12,235 nucleotides of DNA, from assembly GCA_048885925.1 (NCBI GenBank), contig JBHLLG010000084.1:1-12235 (forward strand). The letters run 5' to 3'. Below, piece after piece: positions 8,247-12,235 of this stretch; positions within the stretch are counted from its first letter, which is position 1; each line of letters begins with the position of its first letter. The stretch comes from Candidatus Hermodarchaeota archaeon. GTDB taxonomy: Archaea > Asgardarchaeota > Lokiarchaeia > Sigyniarchaeales > SOKP01. The position numbers and the translations under genes were made by a program. The notes below the pieces were generated by a model. That model searched no databases, was not told where the DNA came from, and saw only the letters and a program-made list of their open reading frames with translations.

Positions 8247-8268
8247 CAGAAATGTTTTAATATAAAAA
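8247..8268 (+). promoter_or_regulatory. Candidate archaeal BRE/TATA promoter for the leuS leader transcript
   Basis: CAGAAA-TG-TTTTAATATAAAAA lies about 25-30 nt upstream of ATG 8289, compatible with a near-leaderless start of the uORF. The AT-rich background weakens this. Confidence 0.4.
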
Positions 8269-8288
8269 TATCTATAATTTTTATAAGA

Positions 8289-8375
8289 ATGAATTCAAAT
8301 AAGACTGCTTCAAAGATGGACTTAAAGGAAAAAATGTCCTTGGTTGATTTACTCGCAGTTTTATTATCATTATGA
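8289..8375 (+). CDS. Putative Leu-rich leader peptide (uORF) of leuS
   Basis: MNSNKTASKMDLKEKMSLVDLLAVLLSL*, with in-frame ATGs at 8289, 8316 and 8334 (the last preceded by AAGGA). Six of the last 11 sense codons are Leu (TTG, TTA, CTC, TTA, TTA, TTA). Confidence 0.6.
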   Translation: MNSNKTASKMDLKEKMSLVDLLAVLLSL

Positions 8376-8431
8376 GCGAAACAAATCCCTATAATCTTTT
8401 TCTTTTACAATTTCCACGGATTTGTTCGCTT
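8346..8431 (+). promoter_or_regulatory. Attenuator-like alternative RNA stems with a U-tract
   Basis: Segment 2 (GAGCGAAACAAATCC, 8374-8388) pairs with segment 3 (GGATTTGTTCGCTT, 8418-8431; 14 bp, one bulge) or with segment 1 (GATTTACTCGC, 8346-8356). TCTTTTTCTTTT lies at 8395-8406. Confidence 0.6.
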
Positions 8432-8530
8432 GGCTGATAAATTTAATTGAAAGAGATTTTAGGTGATGATTCCTTAAAAAGAATAAAATTTGAAATAAAG
8501 AATAAGAAATCAAGGTCGTGCTTAAATAAA

Positions 8531-11419
8531 ATGTATAATCCCCAAGAACTTGAAAAAAAATGGCAGGATAAATGGCAACGGGCTAGAATTTTCGAAGCAA
8601 ATCCAGATTCAAATAAAGAAAAAATTTTTATAACTTCGCCATACCCTTATGCTTCAGGTACTTTACATATAGGGCATGGGCGGAGTTTTATTAATGGAGA
8701 TATTTTTGCGAGGTATTATAGAGCAAAGGGTTATAATGTCTTATATCCAATGGCATTTCACATAACAGGTACTCCTGTACTTGCAATTTCTTCTTCAATA
8801 GAAAGAGAAGATCAAAAAACAATCTCTAGAATGAAAGAATATGTGTCATTGCATACAGAAGATCAACAAGAAGTAGAAAAAGTTGTACAAAGTTTCGTAG
8901 ATCCATGGAATGTTGTTAAATATTTTTCTAATACAATGAAAATTGATTTTAAGTCTGTTGGAATGAGCTTGGATTGGCGAAGAGAATTTACTACGGGTGA
9001 TAAAATTTACAATAAATTTATAGAATGGCAATATTTTCATTTGAAAGAGAGAGGTTATCTTGAAAAAGGTGAATATCCTATTCTCTATTGTCCTCATGAC
9101 AATAATGCTGTGGGTGAAGATGATATTTCACGGGGAGATGAGTTGGATCTAAATATTAATCAATATATTTGTATTAAATTCCCTTTTGAAGAAGGATTTC
9201 TTGTTGCTTCAACATTACGACCTGAAACTATTTATGGAGTAACAAATATATGGATTAAGCCAGAGGGAAAGTATATTAAAGCTTCAGTAAATAAAGAAAT
9301 TTGGTACATTTCCGAAGAAGCAAAATTCTTATTAGAAAACCAAGGAAAGCAAATTGAGATTTTAAAATCCTTCAATGGAGAAGAAATTATTGGAAAAAGT
9401 GCTACTGATATTTATGGGATCAAAGAAATCCCTATTTTATCAGGCGATTTTGTTGATACATCAACAGCAACTGGAGTTGTATATTCAGTTCCTGCTCATG
9501 CTCCTTATGATTATGTCGCTTTAATCGATTTACAGAAAGATAAAGAATCAATTAAAAGATTTAATTTAGATAAAAGACAAATTGAATTGATTTATCCTAT
9601 TCAAATAATTGATTTAGAGGGATTCAAGGATTTTCCTGCAAAAATATATTGCGATAAATACGAAATTGCTTCACAACAAGACAAAGAAAAGTTAGATTTG
9701 GCGACTAGTGAAAATTATAAGGACGAATTTTATAATGGAGTTCTTAATGAGAAATGTGGTAAATATCAAGGAATGAAGGTTAGTGAAGCTGCCAAACAAG
9801 TATCGATAGATTTGATAAAAGAGAGTAGAGCAGATAAATTATATATTCCAATGACAAAGAATCTCAAATGCAGATGTGGAACGAAAATTATTGTTTCAAT
9901 TCTTAAAGATCAATGGTTTCTTAACTTTGAAGCCGGAGAATGGAAAAAGAAAGCATTCAAATGCTTAAATAGTATGGCGATAGTACCAAATAAATTTCGT
10001 TTAAATTTTGAAAATGTTTTCCATTGGTTAGAAAAAAGACCTTGCGCTAGGAAAAGAGGTTTAGGTACCAAATTGCCATTTAATAAAGAATGGATAATAG
10101 AATCATTGAGTGATTCTACAATTTATATGGCATTCTATACAATCTCTTATAAAATTAAGGAATATCGAATTAAACCTGAGCAACTAATACCAGAATTTTT
10201 TGATTATGTATTTTTAGAAAAAGGTGACGTTACCAAATTATCAAAAAAAATCAACGTTGAAGAGAAAAGTCTTAAAGAAATGCAAGAAGAGTTCCTTTAT
10301 TGGTATCCTGTAAACCATCGTCATACAGCCATTATGCATATTTCTAACCATTTAAGTTTTTATATTTTTCATCACGTGGCTATTTTTCCAGAAAGATATT
10401 GGCCAAAAATAATCTCTTTAATTGAACCTGTAATAGTTGAAGGACAAAAAATGGGAAAATCAAAAGGAAATGTTATTCCTCTAGCAAATATTCAAAAAAG
10501 GTATTCAGCTGATTTATTTAGGTTTTATATTTCTCATGGTGCTGACTTTGGAGTTTATATGGATTTTAGAGAGAAAGAAATAGAATCAGTTAAAAACCAT
10601 ATCTACAAATTTTATAAATTTATGCATGAAAAAGTTATCCAAACAAACAAAATAGTACCAGAATTTAAAAATATCAAGTCCAAATATTCAAAAGTCATGT
10701 TATCAAAAATAATTAAGAAATTCATAGAGGCAGAAAAGGCTATAGGAGAATTCAACATAAGAAGATATCTACAAATTTCATTTTATGAAGTTTTTAATTT
10801 AATCCAGGAATCATATAGGGATAATGACAATATAGATGATTTTTTAATAATCTTTAAATTAATATATCCAGATTGGCTGAAAATTCTTTCATTAACTGTA
10901 CCACACTTATGTGAAGAATTATGGGAAATTGCTGGAAATAATGGTTTTATATCAATGGGAACCTGGAGCGAATTTGATGAGAAATATATTGAAAATAATC
11001 TTGAACAGGAATTTGATTATATTACTAATATTGTTGAAGATATTTTCAATATTAAGAAAATAGTAAAACCTCAAACTTCTAGTCCAATCTATTTATATAC
11101 TGCTCCCGAATGGAAATATAAAATAAATGAATTGATTTTAAAAATTGGAGATAATTTTGATGGGATAATATCTAAAATTAAAGATGATAAAAATCTGATA
11201 AAGAATAAACAACTTATCCCATTTATAAAGAATCAATTAAAAGGGAGAGTTTGGGAATCAAAATTACCCCATTTCGATGAGGTTAAATCATTAATGCAGT
11301 ATAAATCATATATTGAAAAACGTATTAATTCTACAATTATAATAAACTCTGAATTTGACCCAAAACAAAAAAGTATTAGAGCAAAACCTTTCAAACCGGC
11401 TCTTTATTTAGATCTATAA
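8531..11419 (+). CDS. leuS: Leucine--tRNA ligase, archaeal/eukaryotic type
   Basis: ELEKKWQ..W N-terminus, PYPYASGTLHIGH, DWRREFTT, CP1 editing motifs STLRPET and GVVYSVPAHAPYD, IESLSDSTIYMA, KMGKSKGN, PHLCEELW and C-terminal AKPFKPALYL. ATG 8531 fits the family N-terminus better than TTG 8447. Confidence 0.97.
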   Translation: MYNPQELEKKWQDKWQRARIFEANPDSNKEKIFITSPYPYASGTLHIGHGRSFINGDIFARYYRAKGYNVLYPMAFHITGTPVLAISSSIEREDQKTISRMKEYVSLHTEDQQEVEKVVQSFVDPWNVVKYFSNTMKIDFKSVGMSLDWRREFTTGDKIYNKFIEWQYFHLKERGYLEKGEYPILYCPHDNNAVGEDDISRGDELDLNINQYICIKFPFEEGFLVASTLRPETIYGVTNIWIKPEGKYIKASVNKEIWYISEEAKFLLENQGKQIEILKSFNGEEIIGKSATDIYGIKEIPILSGDFVDTSTATGVVYSVPAHAPYDYVALIDLQKDKESIKRFNLDKRQIELIYPIQIIDLEGFKDFPAKIYCDKYEIASQQDKEKLDLATSENYKDEFYNGVLNEKCGKYQGMKVSEAAKQVSIDLIKESRADKLYIPMTKNLKCRCGTKIIVSILKDQWFLNFEAGEWKKKAFKCLNSMAIVPNKFRLNFENVFHWLEKRPCARKRGLGTKLPFNKEWIIESLSDSTIYMAFYTISYKIKEYRIKPEQLIPEFFDYVFLEKGDVTKLSKKINVEEKSLKEMQEEFLYWYPVNHRHTAIMHISNHLSFYIFHHVAIFPERYWPKIISLIEPVIVEGQKMGKSKGNVIPLANIQKRYSADLFRFYISHGADFGVYMDFREKEIESVKNHIYKFYKFMHEKVIQTNKIVPEFKNIKSKYSKVMLSKIIKKFIEAEKAIGEFNIRRYLQISFYEVFNLIQESYRDNDNIDDFLIIFKLIYPDWLKILSLTVPHLCEELWEIAGNNGFISMGTWSEFDEKYIENNLEQEFDYITNIVEDIFNIKKIVKPQTSSPIYLYTAPEWKYKINELILKIGDNFDGIISKIKDDKNLIKNKQLIPFIKNQLKGRVWESKLPHFDEVKSLMQYKSYIEKRINSTIIINSEFDPKQKSIRAKPFKPALYLDL

Positions 11420-11435
11420 TAACTTTAAAAATTAA

Positions 11436-12224
11436 TTAAACTTTATTTCTTTCTATTGCTTTTAAGATATCTAAATATTTAACGATCTCTTTAGTATCAC
11501 TCTTTCCAATACAATAATCTAACTGTTTTGTAAAATATTGATTTAATATTTTCAATTGAGGGCTTGAAATCAAAAATTTGGAACCCTCCTCAATTTGTTT
11601 ATCGAATAATGTATCTTTTACTTCTTCAATATTAAGGTTAATAATTTGAAGGGCAATCCATTCAAAGACATCTTCAATATTTTCATTTGTTTTTGCTGAA
11701 GTCTCCATATAATAAATCCCCAATTCTTTCGCTAAATCCATTCCTTCTTCGGTTGAAACTACTCTCGAATTAGATAAATCAACTTTATTTCCTACAAGTA
11801 TCAAAACTATATGCGGCAACGCTACTCGAGTAATTATATCATACCATTTTTTAACATGCTCAAATGATTCTTTACTTGTTATATCAAACACAATAATTCC
11901 AGCGCGAGAGTCTGTTAAATAATCAGGCCACAATCGTTCAAATTGACTTTGTCCTGCTAAATCCCATATCATAAATCTTACAGATGTTCCCAATTCTTTA
12001 AATGTACATTCTTTTTTAGAAATATAAGTACCTATTGTTGCTTTATAATCTGCTTTAAATACTCCATGAACGTATCTTTGAGCCATACTGGTTTTTCCAA
12101 CTCCGTTATCTCCAATTAAAGAAAGCTTGTAGACATATTCTTTTGAAAACGGTTTACCTTGGTAATAATCTAGTTTTCGTTTAATTTTTTCAAGTTCAGA
12201 ATCTCTTTTTATTTTTGGAATCAC
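11436..12224 (-). CDS. Rab-like small GTPase (Ras superfamily) with N- and C-terminal extensions, possibly 5'-truncated
   Basis: G1 GDNGVGKTS, G2 YKATIG, G3 WDLAGQ, IVFDIT, G4 GNKVDL, G5 ETSAK. The frame stays open upstream of GTG 12224 to the window edge. Confidence 0.93.
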   Translation of the reverse strand: MIPKIKRDSELEKIKRKLDYYQGKPFSKEYVYKLSLIGDNGVGKTSMAQRYVHGVFKADYKATIGTYISKKECTFKELGTSVRFMIWDLAGQSQFERLWPDYLTDSRAGIIVFDITSKESFEHVKKWYDIITRVALPHIVLILVGNKVDLSNSRVVSTEEGMDLAKELGIYYMETSAKTNENIEDVFEWIALQIINLNIEEVKDTLFDKQIEEGSKFLISSPQLKILNQYFTKQLDYCIGKSDTKEIVKYLDILKAIERNKV

Positions 12225-12235
12225 TGGACTAACTG

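Noticed and set aside
8372-8438. SECIS element or selenocysteine read-through of the leader TGA (AUGA followed by a stem)
   Set aside because: The 3' arm lacks the GA needed for the tandem G-A quartet right after the stem, and read-through gives only 24 more codons with no selenoprotein motif.
8447-8530. 28-aa N-terminal extension of LeuRS from TTG 8447
   Set aside because: Family similarity starts at MYNPQELEKKWQ (ATG 8531); the extension looks like A-rich UTR.
8280-8530. T-box riboswitch upstream of leuS
   Set aside because: No T-box consensus (AAnnnGGGTGGnACC) and no recognisable Stem I motifs; T-boxes are known from bacteria.
8846-9097. 83-aa minus-strand ORF
   Set aside because: Antisense to conserved LeuRS sequence.

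Overview
AT-rich archaeal window, most likely from an Asgard (Lokiarchaeia-like) genome. This is inferred from an archaeal-type LeuRS next to a Rab-like small GTPase, a soluble multi-PAS histidine kinase and low GC. Left to right it holds two tandem MDR/quinone-oxidoreductase-like paralogs (the second cut by the window edge and absent from the ORF track), a degenerate flavodoxin-fold protein, an unlisted 29-aa single-TM microprotein with its own terminator, a Cys-rich small protein coupled to a flavodoxin-membrane fusion, a tandem Lrp/AsnC regulator, a small 2-TM Cys/His protein, a cold-shock protein with an RG tail, a 6-PAS histidine kinase, leuS and a Rab-like GTPase. The most striking signal is the leuS 5' leader (about 8250-8530). 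It carries a Leu-rich upstream ORF ending MSLVDLLAVLLSL*, overlapping mutually exclusive RNA stems and a U-tract. Together these form a candidate leucine-sensing, ribosome-mediated attenuator controlling leucyl-tRNA synthetase in an archaeon. All calls come from reading the sequence by eye; no searches or folding programs were run.
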